Shown: positions 1 through 12,170, counted from the stretch's first letter. The stretch is DNA of 64,000 nucleotides from Octopus sinensis (GCF_006345805.1 NC_042999.1:97650001-97714000), one strand, 5' to 3'. Made by a program: numbers and translations. The notes: generated from the sequence alone by a model not told the origin.

Positions 1-71
1 CAGCAACACAATGGGATGTGAGAATGGGCCTGAGGGGAAGGCCACATTGCTGCTAAAAACTATGACACACG

Positions 72-111
<40 letters not shown>

Positions 112-660
112 AACACACACACACATGTACATACGTCAACATATACATGGCAACACCGTGGGCGAATACACATACACAGAGGAACTGTACCATATTTTTT
201 TTTTCGGATCTTAGGACAGCAGCAACACAATGGGATGTGAGAATGGGCCTGAGGGGAAGGCCACATTGCTGCTAAAAACTATGACACACGCACGCACACA
301 CACACACACACACACACAGAAATACATGCTCACATAAGGATCTTAGAACAAAATTGAGTAAATGGAGCGAAAACACACACAAAAACGAAAAGTGTCGCTG
401 AAGAGGTCATAGATGTGTGACGAAAGATTTCCAGACAATGGACACGAATTAAAAAAAAAATTAATATACGAGTGAAGGAAAAACATAGTGCAAGTGTTTA
501 TTTGGCAAGAAAAAAATGACCGTCCTGAAACACAACAATATATATGAGTATACATTGTCTGGGAGACTCTTCTTATAGTAGGAGAAATAGCTAAATTCTT
601 TGGCGGTTATATAAAGTTATGTATATAGGTAATATATACGTATATATGCATATCTATCTA

Positions 661-725
<65 letters not shown>

Positions 726-1771
726 TATATATAATAAACCTTTACATAAATAAATAACGTGAAATACACGAAGGGACGAACAAAAAGACAAACGGGTCAT
801 TCAAAGCCTATATACCCATACATATGCATATATAGGTACAGGACGTCACCAACAGTAAACAACATGAAATATGGAAACAAATGAGTTCAATACGCAAACT
901 ATGAGAGAAATAAATGGAAAACAGGAAAGTAACATAAAGAACGACCCTTCATCAGTTGTTGGCTGTCTATCTACTCATTTTGAGCATTGAACAACAATAC
1001 GAGTCTTCAAAGCCAGTTGCTCCCATAAGTACCAAAATAAAATTTGGGATTTATGGAGGGTCAAAGTTGGGAACAAAAACAGGACAGTGGAGCCTTAGAA
1101 GGAAACCGAATGAAAACAAACATGGAGGGTCATTAGACCTGAACGAGGGTAAAATAGCGAACACTGGAGAAATATTTTCTTTGACAAGAGAGAGATAGGA
1201 TACGTCCAGTCCTGAAAGAAAAGAAGGATGATCACATGAGGAAAAGAAAGATGGACGATGGTCATGTGAGAGCAATGAGAGATTGCTTTTGATAAATAAA
1301 CTTTGATGGAAATCTAGCCTAGCCATATATGATGTGTTGCAACAAGTCTATGCCATATATATACAATGCATGTTATTCTTTTATTCTTTTCTATTTTTCA
1401 GCCCTGAGGCTAAAAACATTTTTTAAATACTAGTTTCAGTTTATTTTCTGTTTGTTGACTAAGATAGAACAATTTCTGTGCTGATGATGCTTATTGAGGT
1501 GGAAGTACATATTAACAGTTTTCTTTCCTTTCAGACAATCAGTCTGTCTCTTCCTTAGTGACATCAATTTTGGAGAATTCTTGATTCTTGAGATTCTTGA
1601 CCCCCTTCTCAGAGTTAATACCAATTACCACCAAATAATTGGTTTACTCTCTCTGAAAGGGGAGATAATTTCAATAAACCAAGAATTTATCTTGTATGTT
1701 ATTTAATATAACTTTATTAATCTTTGTCGTTTAAATTCATGCTACTGGCCATTCTGAATTGATTCTCTTAG

Positions 1772-1841
<70 letters not shown>

Positions 1842-4444
1842 AATAAATGAGTGAATAAAACTCTACTCTTACATCTGTTGCTACTTTGGGTTCCAGCATG
1901 CCAAAGTTGGCACATCATACCAAGATTTACAAAATTTGAACAAAAATTGGACAAAACTTGAACCTCAAAGCTTCATCAGAGAGTCCATAATGGTAAGAAT
2001 TAAGCAAGTAAAAAAGTAAAATAAAATAATAAAAAATAGTAAAAAAGCAAATTCCAAGATAATATCCAGAGGTTGTGAGATTACATCTTATTTCAATCTA
2101 AATTGAAATATTATCTTGGACTATATATATATATACACTTGTTTTTGTATAAATCTAAGTTCTCTGGTTACTACTGATAAGGTTGATCAATTGCTATGCT
2201 GATGATGGCTATTGAGCCTGAAACATGTCCATGATTGTTTTCTTGTTTCTAGTCAATAAGCCTGTTCTTTTACCAGTTTTTGAGAAATCTTGAATCTTGA
2301 GATTATCTCCCTTCCTCATTTGCCATAAAGTAATTATGATACATACTCTAGAGCTAGAAATAATTTTCATAACTCAAGAATTTATGTTGTATGGTATCTG
2401 GTCTACTTGTATTTGTCTATGTTGTTCAAATACATGTGACTGGCCACTCTGAGTTCTTGATTGATGGTCTGGCCTTGTGGGGAAGAATTATCGATGTACA
2501 ATATCACATTTCTGAGGATGATGCTTGTGGCAGGTCTTCCAGACTGCTCATCATATTACAGGGATGTTCTTCTGCTTTTGAAGTGCCTGTGCCTCTTGAA
2601 ACATTGCTATTATTCATCTTACTCATCACCCCTTGAAAGAAATTAATATAGATCCATATTGGTCAATTAATGCCTATTGGTTAATGAAATTTTGAATTAC
2701 TGTGTTTACACCATAACATTTCAAGGAAAGTATATTTATCCTTAACAGTTTTGTAAACTTCTGGTGTCTAAATGTGCATATGAATATAACTTCAGACATA
2801 GGTATGCATGCGTGCATGTGTACATACAGTTAATCATAGATATACATATATGCATATACACACATATACATGCATAAACACACACACAGGGACATGCATA
2901 TGCCTGTACAGATACATATATACACATATATATTATATACATATTTATGTGTGTATATGCATGTGTGTGTGAGTATGCATATGTATCTATGCATGTATAT
3001 GTATATATGTGTATGCATGAATGTGTACATGCAGATGTATGTATACATACGGGTATATGCATGTATCTCAATGTATATATGTGGGCATATGGATACATAT
3101 ATGCATGTGTGTATGGAGAAGAAGAAAATGGAGATATTGAAGTTAATAAGGGTTTATTATCAGCAACAAATCGATCATTATCCCTTACAGCTGTTTTAAT
3201 TATACACAGAGAAATTAATTAAATATTAAAATCATATTTCTGAGCATAATCTCTTCAGAGGACAAAAATATACCCTTAGGTATTTTGTGTGCTTGTTTGT
3301 AGACTCATCACAGCAGTGATAAGTCTAAAAAATTTTAAGAGGATATGGGCCAACAGGTTTTGGGGATCTGACGATATGCCATAAAGCTAAACCCTTTATA
3401 GACGGGAAACCTAAGGTAATCCCATAAACTGGCTTTCCCCATTTTTAATATATACTGCTCTACATCTTTTGGATTTATGTTTTCTAGAAACAATATATAT
3501 ATATATATATATATGTAGTAGCAGATACCAGTGTCACACAAATGGCACCCATGCCGGTGGCACATAAAAGCACCCATTACACTTTTGGAGTGGTTGGTGT
3601 TAGGAAGGGCATGCAGCCGTAGAAACCATGCTAAATCAGACTGGAGCCTGGTGCAGCCTTCCAGCTTGCCACCCCTGGTCAAACCGTCCAATCCATGCCA
3701 GCATGGACAATGGATATTAAATGATGATGATGATAATACCGTTTTTGTATGCCAAAACTGCTGGAGAAGATACCCAAGGTACCATGTGATTCCAGAGCAA
3801 AAAGTATTCACACATACACATTTATATATAAATATATATGGCATTAGGAAGAGTATCCAGCCATATAAACTTTGCCTAAGCTGACATTGGAGCAAGATGC
3901 AGTCCTCCAGCTCACCAGATACTGTCAAACCATCCAACACAAGCCATCATAGAACATGGACATTGAAGATGATGATGATATATATATATCATCTGTAGAA
4001 ACATTGCCAGATTAGACTGGAGCCTGGTGCAGCCTTCTGGCTTCCCAGAACCCCGGTCGAACCGTCCAACCCATGCTAGCATGGAGAACGGACGTTAAAC
4101 GATGATGATGATGATGATGATGATATATATATATATAGATCAATAGAGAAATATGTATATGTTTGTGTGTGTGTGTGTGTGTGTGTGCGTGTAAACATGT
4201 ACCTCACAAAAAGTATTGAGTAATCGGTCTGTTTAATGCTAAATTACTTTTATATATTTTAACAAAAAACAAAAACAAATATGGTTTCAGATTTTGGCAT
4301 AAGGACAACAATTTCGGGTGAGTTGGTAAATCGATTACATCAACTCCAGTGCTCAACTGGTACTTATTTTATCGACTTTGACATGATGAAAGGCAAAGTT
4401 GATCTTGGTGGCATCCTAAAAACAAATGTGTGTGTATATATATA

Positions 4445-4512
<68 letters not shown>

Positions 4513-4522
4513 ATATATATAT

Positions 4523-4749
4523 ATATAATTCGAGACAAAACCACTATTTTAAAACCAAACAAGGAAAGACTTAATCAATACATAAAATTTTAATATAAAT
4601 TAAATAAAATAAATATTTATTTACTTATTTTATTTATTTATTTTATTTATTTTATTTATTTTATTTATTTAATTTATATTAAAATTTTATGTATTGATTA
4701 AGTCTTTCCTTGTTTGGTTTTAAAATAGTGGTTTTGTCTCGAATTATAT
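4523..4749. repeat. Palindrome of the same family with an (ATTT)n centre
   Basis: Arm gagacaaaaccactatttt...aagacttaatcaatacataaaatttt is shared with 4890-5226. Both palindromes are followed by the same roughly 75-bp tail (about 4760-4835 and about 5230-5305) and then (TA)n. Confidence 0.9.
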
Positions 4750-4834
4750 TATATAATATTTTACTGTAAAATTGGATTTAACCCTAAATCTGATTTTTCC
4801 CTGTAATTTTGGATTCATTCCCTAATATTTATTA

Positions 4835-4898
<64 letters not shown>

Positions 4899-4985
4899 TA
4901 TTAGAGACAAAACCACTATTTTGCAAAACAAACAAGGAAAGACTTAATCAATACATAAAATTTTAATAAATAGTCAAAAAAACCG

Positions 4986-5028
4986 CCACTACAATCGTTT
5001 CTTGTCTTGATCGACAATCTTCAGGTGG
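4986..5028 (-). ncRNA. Identical hammerhead motif on the opposite strand (left arm of fold-back)
   Basis: Exact reverse complement of 5089-5131. Confidence 0.62.
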
Positions 5029-5088
5029 ACTTCCAATAAGTCAGTTTCAAATTATGACTTCATAATTTGAAACTGACTTATTGGAAGT

Positions 5089-5131
5089 CCACCTGAAGAT
5101 TGTCGATCAAGACAAGAAACGATTGTAGTGG
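5089..5131 (+). ncRNA. Minimal type-I hammerhead ribozyme motif (right arm of fold-back)
   Basis: CCAC-CUGAAGA-UUGUC(GAUCAA)GACAA-GAAA-C(GAUU)GUA-GUGG. All three stems pair; position 10.1/11.1 is U-A rather than G-C. Confidence 0.62.
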
Positions 5132-5361
5132 CGGTTTTTTGACTATTTATTAAAATTTTATGTATTGATTAAGTCTTTCCTTGTTTGTTTTGCAAAATAG
5201 TGGTTTTGTCTCTAATAATATTTTATAATATTTTACTATAAAATTGGATTTAATCCTAAATCTGATTTTTTTCCCTGTAAATTTGGATTTATTCCCTAAT
5301 ATTTATTATTATTATATATATATATATATATATAAATATATACACACACACACACAGTTAT

Positions 5362-5524
5362 TATCGATAGATCAGGCACTATGTATGTATGCATGCATGA
5401 TTATTGATATATGATATAAGTTACTTTTCCTAAACTCTGCGAACTAGCTATAAAATTTGCGTTCGCTGGAAGTCCTTGTAAGAACTTGCTCTGTTTGTCT
5501 CGAGTCAAATATTACCAGTTCAAC
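5362..5524 (+). promoter_or_regulatory. Probable EXOSC2 proximal promoter and 5'UTR
   Basis: Short unique, more CpG-containing stretch just upstream of the ATG. TATAAAA at 5449-5455 and a DRE-like TATCGATA at 5362-5369. Motif roles are inferred only. Confidence 0.4.
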
Positions 5525-5640
5525 ATGGCTGACATCAGACTCGCGAGTTCATCTGTTCGGACAAAAAACAAGTTTCAGCCTTCAGTTGAGAACTTGGTTA
5601 CTCCAGGAGATGTTATTACATCAGACACATGTTTCATGAG
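5525..5640 (+). CDS. EXOSC2: EXOSC2/RRP4 coding exon 1 (MADIRLASSSVRTKNKFQPSVENLVTPGDVITSDTCFM-R)
   Basis: caacATGG start context. VTPGDVITSD..FMR matches the RRP4 N-terminal motif (VVPGDTITTDTGFMRGHG). Donor AG|GTAAGT at 5641; 116 nt, phase 2. Confidence 0.95.
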
Positions 5641-6404
5641 GTAAGTCTTAAATGATGGTTGACTAACGTTAAATTCGTGCTTACTTTTCCTTGTGTTTAT
5701 TTTCAGCTTCCCGCTTAAAGTTGATAGCTGCACGTTGGTGTGATGTTTTGATTATAAGATAGCTCAAAGTTCACGGCATTGAATAAGTGTGTAGTTAGAA
5801 GTAAAGTTTAAAAAAATTTAGAGCCAGATCCCTCTTCGTGGAAAAAATCTTTTCAGTTTGTAAACTTCATTTGCAACCGTTCAAAACATTTCTCAAACTT
5901 TGTACTGCGCGAAACCTTGTGATTCGCCTCTTTCCAGCATGTTCAACATCATGAAATATACTTACTGAATTTTGTTGATCACTATGACTCTCCTTGAACA
6001 TTATATTTCTTTGGATAAATTATTCGGAGAAAGCCATCATTCCTACCTAATATCACGATTATTAAGAACTATATTTTATGGGTATCAGTCGGGAAATGAT
6101 AAATATCAAAATTATGCCCTGAATTTACACTTCAATCGGGTTCGAAACCGAATCGCTTTAATCAGACTGAATTTTCCCGTTCCCGACAAAGGAAGCCAAC
6201 CGGACCTAATTCTAATCGATATAGAAAACACTCCAACACTACTGGAACTGCAAAGCAGACTATATTTCCCTATCAAAGCAAATACATGTGATCTGATGAG
6301 TGAACTAACAGACTTACAAGAAACCGTTCATAGCAGGTGCTACCAGCAACTAAAAACAAACCAAAGTATCTGGACTAAATTCAAAACATACTTGGATCGT
6401 AGGG

Positions 6405-6735
6405 CGACTTGCTGTGCTTGAGGAGACCTATTGAGTCAAGTACATCAAAATAAAAATCAAATGGAAATTGTAGTTGTGATACCTGTGCCGGTGTCACGTT
6501 AAAAGCACCACCCGAACGTGGTCGATGCCAGCGCCGCCTTGACTGGCTTCCGTGCCGGTGGCACGTAGAAAGTACCCACTACATTCAGAGTGGTTGGCGT
6601 TAGGAAGGGCATCCAGTTGTAGACACACTGCCAAATCAGACTGGAGCCTGGTGCAGCCTCCTGGCTTCCCAGACCCCAGTTGTACCGTCCAACCCATGCT
6701 AGCATGGAAAACGGACGTTAAACGATGATGATGAT
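6405..6735 (+). mobile_element. RTE 3'UTR fragment, one of many; similar copies at about 3520-3735, 3998-4125, 10050-10490, 12735-12890 (+) and 9296-9450, 28050-28330, 37625-37915 (-)
   Basis: Shared ggttggcgttaggaagggcatccag...ccatgctagcatggaaaacggacgttaaacgatgatgat sequence. Confidence 0.85.
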
Positions 6736-7344
6736 TAACTTCTCAGGATGACTTAACTGTTAATGCCAGAGAAAGCAACGAGTTCTTTCTGTTGGTGTTG
6801 TACACAAACGTGTCCTATAGAGCTATTTATTTTAGTTATAGAGCTATTAGTTTAATTCGTTTATTAAAGGCAGCTCTAAAATTATTTCTTCAAGATAGTT
6901 GAATACAATTCTCAAAAGCACTTTCTTTTGCTAAAATAGATGAATAACAGAAGGCGAATCAACTGGTTAGCATGTAAAGAAAGCAAGTTAGGTTTGTAAA
7001 GGTGGGAAACTGGCATGACTTGTGTCTTATGTAATACAAGGTACATTGCTGAATGTCAGGGTGTATCATTTGTGAGGTATGAGATTTTCAAAGTTACCAT
7101 TAATATAGACTACAGGCTATTGTGTTATTTAGTATAAAACTGAAACAGTTTAAAAACATCAGATACATATACAAAAGGTATAACAATACAAATTGATCTC
7201 GGGAAACGGAAAATGAAGTCAGTTAAGGAAGGAAGGTTAGAAACTTTGGGCAAAAGAGGATTCAGAGTGAGAGAACCCATGGGTTAGAAGGAATAGTAGG
7301 GCAGAAAGGCAGCTGTAGATAAGAAAACTAAATAAGGAAAAAAG

Positions 7345-7801
7345 ACATTATTTACAATGGACGGATAGGTGTCCCCACCTTTGTTGTTATCACAATGTTT
7401 TGGCTGATGTACTCTCCATTAGGTGTTTTGGTGGAATTTCGAACCCAACATGTCATTTGACTAATGGGGTACTCTGTTTCATTCCTAAGGTATTCTTTTT
7501 TGTTGATATTATTTCCCAAGTCCCAGTCTGGGATTGAACTCAGAATCCGAGGGTACATAACATAGTGGATAAGAGTCTGGGCTACTAACACTCGGATTCT
7601 TAGTTCAATCCCAGGCAGGAACTTGGGAATAATCACCCCCCCCCCAAAAAAAAAACAGCAGAAAAAGAATATCCTAGGAATGAGAACATTGCACCCCCAT
7701 TAGTCAAATAAAGGGTTGGGTTCAAAATTCTACCAGAACACCTGATGAAACGTGGTAACAACAAACAAGGTGAGGACACATCTGTCCATTGTAAATAATG
7801 T
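7345..7801. mobile_element. MITE-like or fold-back element with full-length imperfect inverted arms
   Basis: cattatttacaatggac.../...gtccattgtaaataatg termini. Inner arms include cccaag..gggattgaact..gaatccgag and its reverse complement. Confidence 0.75.
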
Positions 7802-8329
7802 ACATAATTCCTCACTTCAAAAATATAGAATAGTGAGGAAAACAGAATTAAATGTTTATATTTTATTAATGACCAGTGCACAAATAAGATAGAGGAATTG
7901 TATCTAAGAATTGCAAATTTCAGACCATAAAATACTCTTATTACTGCAGAACACAAGATATAGCTGAATAAAGTTGAATTTTGTACAAAGCAGTAAACTA
8001 TAAAGTCTTTTTAAAGAATATTGAAGAGAACAGTGAGAGGATTACTGTTTTATGTAAATAGTATGTTAATAGCATTAGGTGAATCTGAACATGGGTTTTG
8101 AAGAAAGCTTATTTGTATGAAGGTTGTCCTGAAAGTAATGTATAAGTGAGAATAACTTTTTTTTTCATGTATTTGAATGATATACATAAGGCTTCTCAGC
8201 CTGTTAGTGTCCAATTTGAGTTGAAAAATCTCATGAAATTATGGCTCCTGTTGACAGTGAGATTTTAAATCTTTATATATTAATGAGATTATTTATGAAA
8301 GACCATTATTTTTTTGTTTTGTTTCATAG

Positions 8330-8431
8330 AGGACATGGTACCTACACAGCGGATGACCGACTTCATGCTTCAGTGGCTGGTGTTGTAGAGAGAGTGAATA
8401 AGTTGATCTGTGTACGTCCTTTGAAAACGAG
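8330..8431 (+). CDS. EXOSC2: EXOSC2 coding exon 2 (R-GHGTYTADDRLHASVAGVVERVNKLICVRPLKT-R)
   Basis: Polypyrimidine tract and TAG acceptor at 8327-8329; donor AG|GTAAAG at 8432; 102 nt. Hallmark RRP4 sequence. Confidence 0.97.
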
Positions 8432-10681
8432 GTAAAGTATCATTTTTTTCAAAAAGCCCAGAAATTCATAGGGCTAGTAAGTAATGCCCAGTTTCTGTAT
8501 TATTGAATATAGGTGGATGGGATTGTTAGAGTTATGTCCCTTATGTCATTAATTAGTGTGTTAACATTTTCGAGGAAAAAGTGTAATTTCAGCTTCATGA
8601 CTAGTGTCATTTGATCCCAAATTGTGACTGGTATTCATTTTCATCGACCCAGGAAGATGAAAAGCAATATCAACTACCGTGAAATTTTGAACACAGTATA
8701 TAAAGGAACGTAACTATATATCATAAGGCATTTGAAAGGTTCTCTGCACTACATTTTTTTGTTCTACCATTCTTATAAATGAAATGGAAACATAATTTTT
8801 ACAGTAGAGTCTATGTTAATTAAATTTGTTAATTACTGATAGATTGACAGTAATAATATTTACAATGTGTAATTGAAAAAAATTTTTTAAAGAAAATTTC
8901 TTTAGGCAAAACTAACATTCTTTAGTTTAACTTTCAAACGAGGCAAGACCTCTCATAGGCAGGGATAAATTTCTTTCAAGGATTTTAACTCTTGAATTCT
9001 TAGGTTTATATAAATTTTAATATATTTATTTGTTGACTGGAATATATTTTAATAGCATAAATTTTTCACTGTCACTTTTCTAGGGTTTTTTAAAACTCTT
9101 TTACTATGCATAAATCTCAATATCTTTAAGTCTATCTTTTCTTGCCAAATGAGAAAATCGTATAAATACTCTTTGTATTCATTATGATACATGAAAAATA
9201 AAAAGTTTCTGGCAGTAGCAAAAGGTAAAAAACAAACAACTTCAAAGAATGTAGCAATGAAGATTTTATGCAGCTAAAATGTATCTTAGCCTGTTCTCAT
9301 CATCATCATATGTTTGTTTTCCATACTGGCAAGAGTTGGACGGTTTGGCAGGGGGCTGGTTAGGTTGGAAACTGTACCAGGCTTCACTGTCTGTTTTGGC
9401 TGGGTTTTAACAGCTGGATGCTCTTCCTAACACCAACTACCTTACAGAGTGGGCAAGCTTTAGTTTTTCAAAGCTCACTGTGTTTATAATGGGAAATCAA
9501 CTTGATTTGTTAGGATTGTTTGTCCAAAACTCTGTTTACGCATCTATTACAGAAAACTTTGTAGGAAGTTCTGCTACTTATTGCCCTACTCTTAGGTATG
9601 TAGATTCCAGCATCCCACCCAGATACCCAGTAATCTGCCTGTACTAATATGCCTGTAATTATATTGTTATCTAGTCCAGGAAGTCACAACCTTGTCTATA
9701 TCTTTATTTGCGATTGATCAAAGAAGTTTTTTTAGTGTTTTGGTTAAATATGTTGGAATATTTGATGACAGGGTCTTAGCTTTTGATGTAGGTGTAGAAG
9801 CACCATTGCAACAAACAGTTTAAATTGGATATTTTTTAAACCTGCCAGAACCTACTCTTCAGAGAAAAATAAAAAGAAGAATTGATCCCAGTTTTGACCA
9901 GGTTACTATATTTATTGACCTTGAATGGATAGAAGGCAAAGTTGACCTTGGTGATATTTGAAGTCAATGCATAAAGAGCCAAAATAAATACCACAAAGCA
10001 TTCTGTCTACTGCTCTAATGACTCTGCCGATTTGCTGGTTTTTATTGTAATTACCCTAATTATAGAGGGAACACATGGAAGGGGTAGACCCAGGAAAATG
10101 TGGAACAAAATGGTGAGAAAGGATCTACAGATGTTGGGATTCACAAAGGGGATGACAGGGCATCGAGATTCCTGGTGGTTTGCTGTGCTTGAAGCTAAGT
10201 AAAAGCATGGTTGTCCTTGCATACAGGCTTGTCCCCTGCATCCCACCTCAGGTGAGCATTCCTAATCTTGCGGGCTCATAGGTACTGGTGCCATGTAAAC
10301 GCACCCATGCCAGTGCTGTGTAAAAGCATTCAGTACACTCTCTAAAGTGGTTGGTGTTAGGAAGGGCATCCAGCCATAGAAACCATGCCAAAACAGACAT
10401 TAAGCCTAAGCAGCTCTTCACCTGGCCAGCTCCTGTCAAACTGTTTAACCCATGCCAGCATGGAAAACAGATGTTAAATATAATGATGACTTTACTACAA
10501 TTAAGTATCATTTCTTTTTTTAAGATGGTAGGATGGGATTTATGTGAAATTAACTTGCTGTTTTTTTGCAAGCCAACTGCCTGTATAGAAGTTCCTCTAA
10601 TGGTTTCAGTGATACTCTATTGTTAATCTATGCTGTTAATAGTTAAAATTTCTCTATCTCACTGTTGTTGATGTTCTCTAG

Positions 10682-10817
10682 GTATAATGGTGAAGTTGGA
10701 GATGTTGTCGTTGGTCGAATCATTGAAGTAGGTCAACGGCGATGGAAAGTGGACACCCATTCCAAATTGGATTCTGTTTTGATGCTGTCTTCTGTAAATT
10801 TACCTGGAGGAGAATTG
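10682..10817 (+). CDS. EXOSC2: EXOSC2 coding exon 3, S1 domain (R-YNGEVGDVVVGRIIEVGQRRWKVDTHSKLDSVLMLSSVNLPGGEL)
   Basis: Acceptor ttctctAG at 10680-10681; donor TTG|GTAAGG at 10818; 136 nt, which restores phase 0. Confidence 0.97.
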
Positions 10818-11966
10818 GTAAGGAACCTTTTTTTCTAAGTTGTTGTGAAATGTTTATAGTAATTTCTAATTTAGACACAAGTCAAATTTTGAGCTATTGT
10901 ACGGTCAGTTTTTCAACATTGGTATCTCACCTCATCATCATCATTTTAATATCCACTTTTCCATGATTGCATGGGCCAAACAAAATTTGCTGAGGCTGAT
11001 TTTCTACAGTTGGATACCCTTTCCAGTTACCAACCCTCACCTGTTTCCAAGCAAGGTAATATTCCTCATTGCCAGACATCTTTTCATGGAAAATTGGAAA
11101 GAAAGGACACTGCTTGCATGATGGTGACATTTATTTATGACTACCATGTGATGTCAAGGCAAGGAAACAGTAGCACACACACACACATATCCATCCATCC
11201 ATCTATCTATCTATCCACCCACCCCACCCACATGCACACACACATATGATGGGCTTTTTTTCAGTTTCTGTCTACCAAACCCACTCTCAAAAGATTGTTT
11301 GACCCAAGCTATATAATAGAAGACAATTGCTCATGGTGCCATGCAGTGGGACCAAACCTGAGACCATGTGGTTGGGAGGCAAACTTCTTAACACACAGTC
11401 TGGATGCACCTTCCATGAAAGATTAAACAGTTACAATGTCATCCTTATTGTTTAAGAAATATCTAGAGATGTCATATCTACTGATGAAACTCAGTAGTTA
11501 ATAGTTTGGAATTCAAAATTACTCTTGTCTTGCTTCATTTTAAAATTTTTATGTAAATAAACTTCTGTAAATGTTGCTGTTTCTGGTGGATTTCTGAAAA
11601 TGAGATGATGATCTAGTGAGAAATTTTCTATAGCTGTACATTATTGAGCCTCTGATTTTTACCTTAGATGTCATGGGTGCAGGTGTGGCTTTGTGATTGA
11701 TTAATAATTTAGCTTAGCAATCAGTTATATTTGCAATAAGTATTTAGTGGTGGTAGTGAATAACCAGCTTGCTAATAAGAGGAACTGTTGTAGCTGTGGA
11801 CCAGAATCAGAGAATACATTATATCAATGAGTCAGTGGCTGTAATGTGTTGGTAAGACATTTTTTACCAATTGCATGAATGAAGTGTATTTGGTGTAGCT
11901 AAGAATGTATGTATGTGTTTGTAGTGGGGCAGTTGCACTGTCTCAGATATTTGAGTAGTACTACCA

Positions 11967-12170
11967 TAACCCTTTAGCTTTTAGATTACTCTGTAAAATG
12001 TAATACTTATTTATCCACACTGTTTTGAATTATCTTGTAGCATCAAAACTTTGATGATGAGATTGTTTATTTTTAGAATGACATTGTAGGATAGATGTGT
12101 GAGACTGGGTCTGGCCAGTTTGAAAATAAAATAGGGCCAGATACAGTTGGTTTAAATGCTAAATGGTTAA
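11967..12170. mobile_element. piggyBac-like MITE; a related one at about 15100-15316
   Basis: Termini taaccctttagc...gctaaatggttaa and taaccctttagtta...gtaacaaaaggttaa, i.e. TTAA-CCC...GGG-TTAA-like TIRs. Confidence 0.6.

Larger units (their letters stand above)
4890..5226. repeat. Near-perfect long palindrome (about 168-bp arms, 2-nt loop at 5058-5059)
   Basis: The arms are reverse complements apart from one homopolymer length difference (A7 vs T6). It carries the hammerhead pair. Confidence 0.92.

Noticed and set aside
930-960. CTGATGAAGGG on the minus strand as a hammerhead
   Set aside because: No matching stem II closure followed by GAAA was found downstream.
2742-3222. Overlapping ORFs of 70-120 aa (also at 45581-46003, 61428-62091 and 63542-64000)
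   Set aside because: Translations of TA/CA/TG microsatellites.
6294-6312. CTGATGAG motifs elsewhere (also about 11480, 17490 and 60233)
   Set aside because: They lack the downstream GAAA and NUH geometry; expected by chance.
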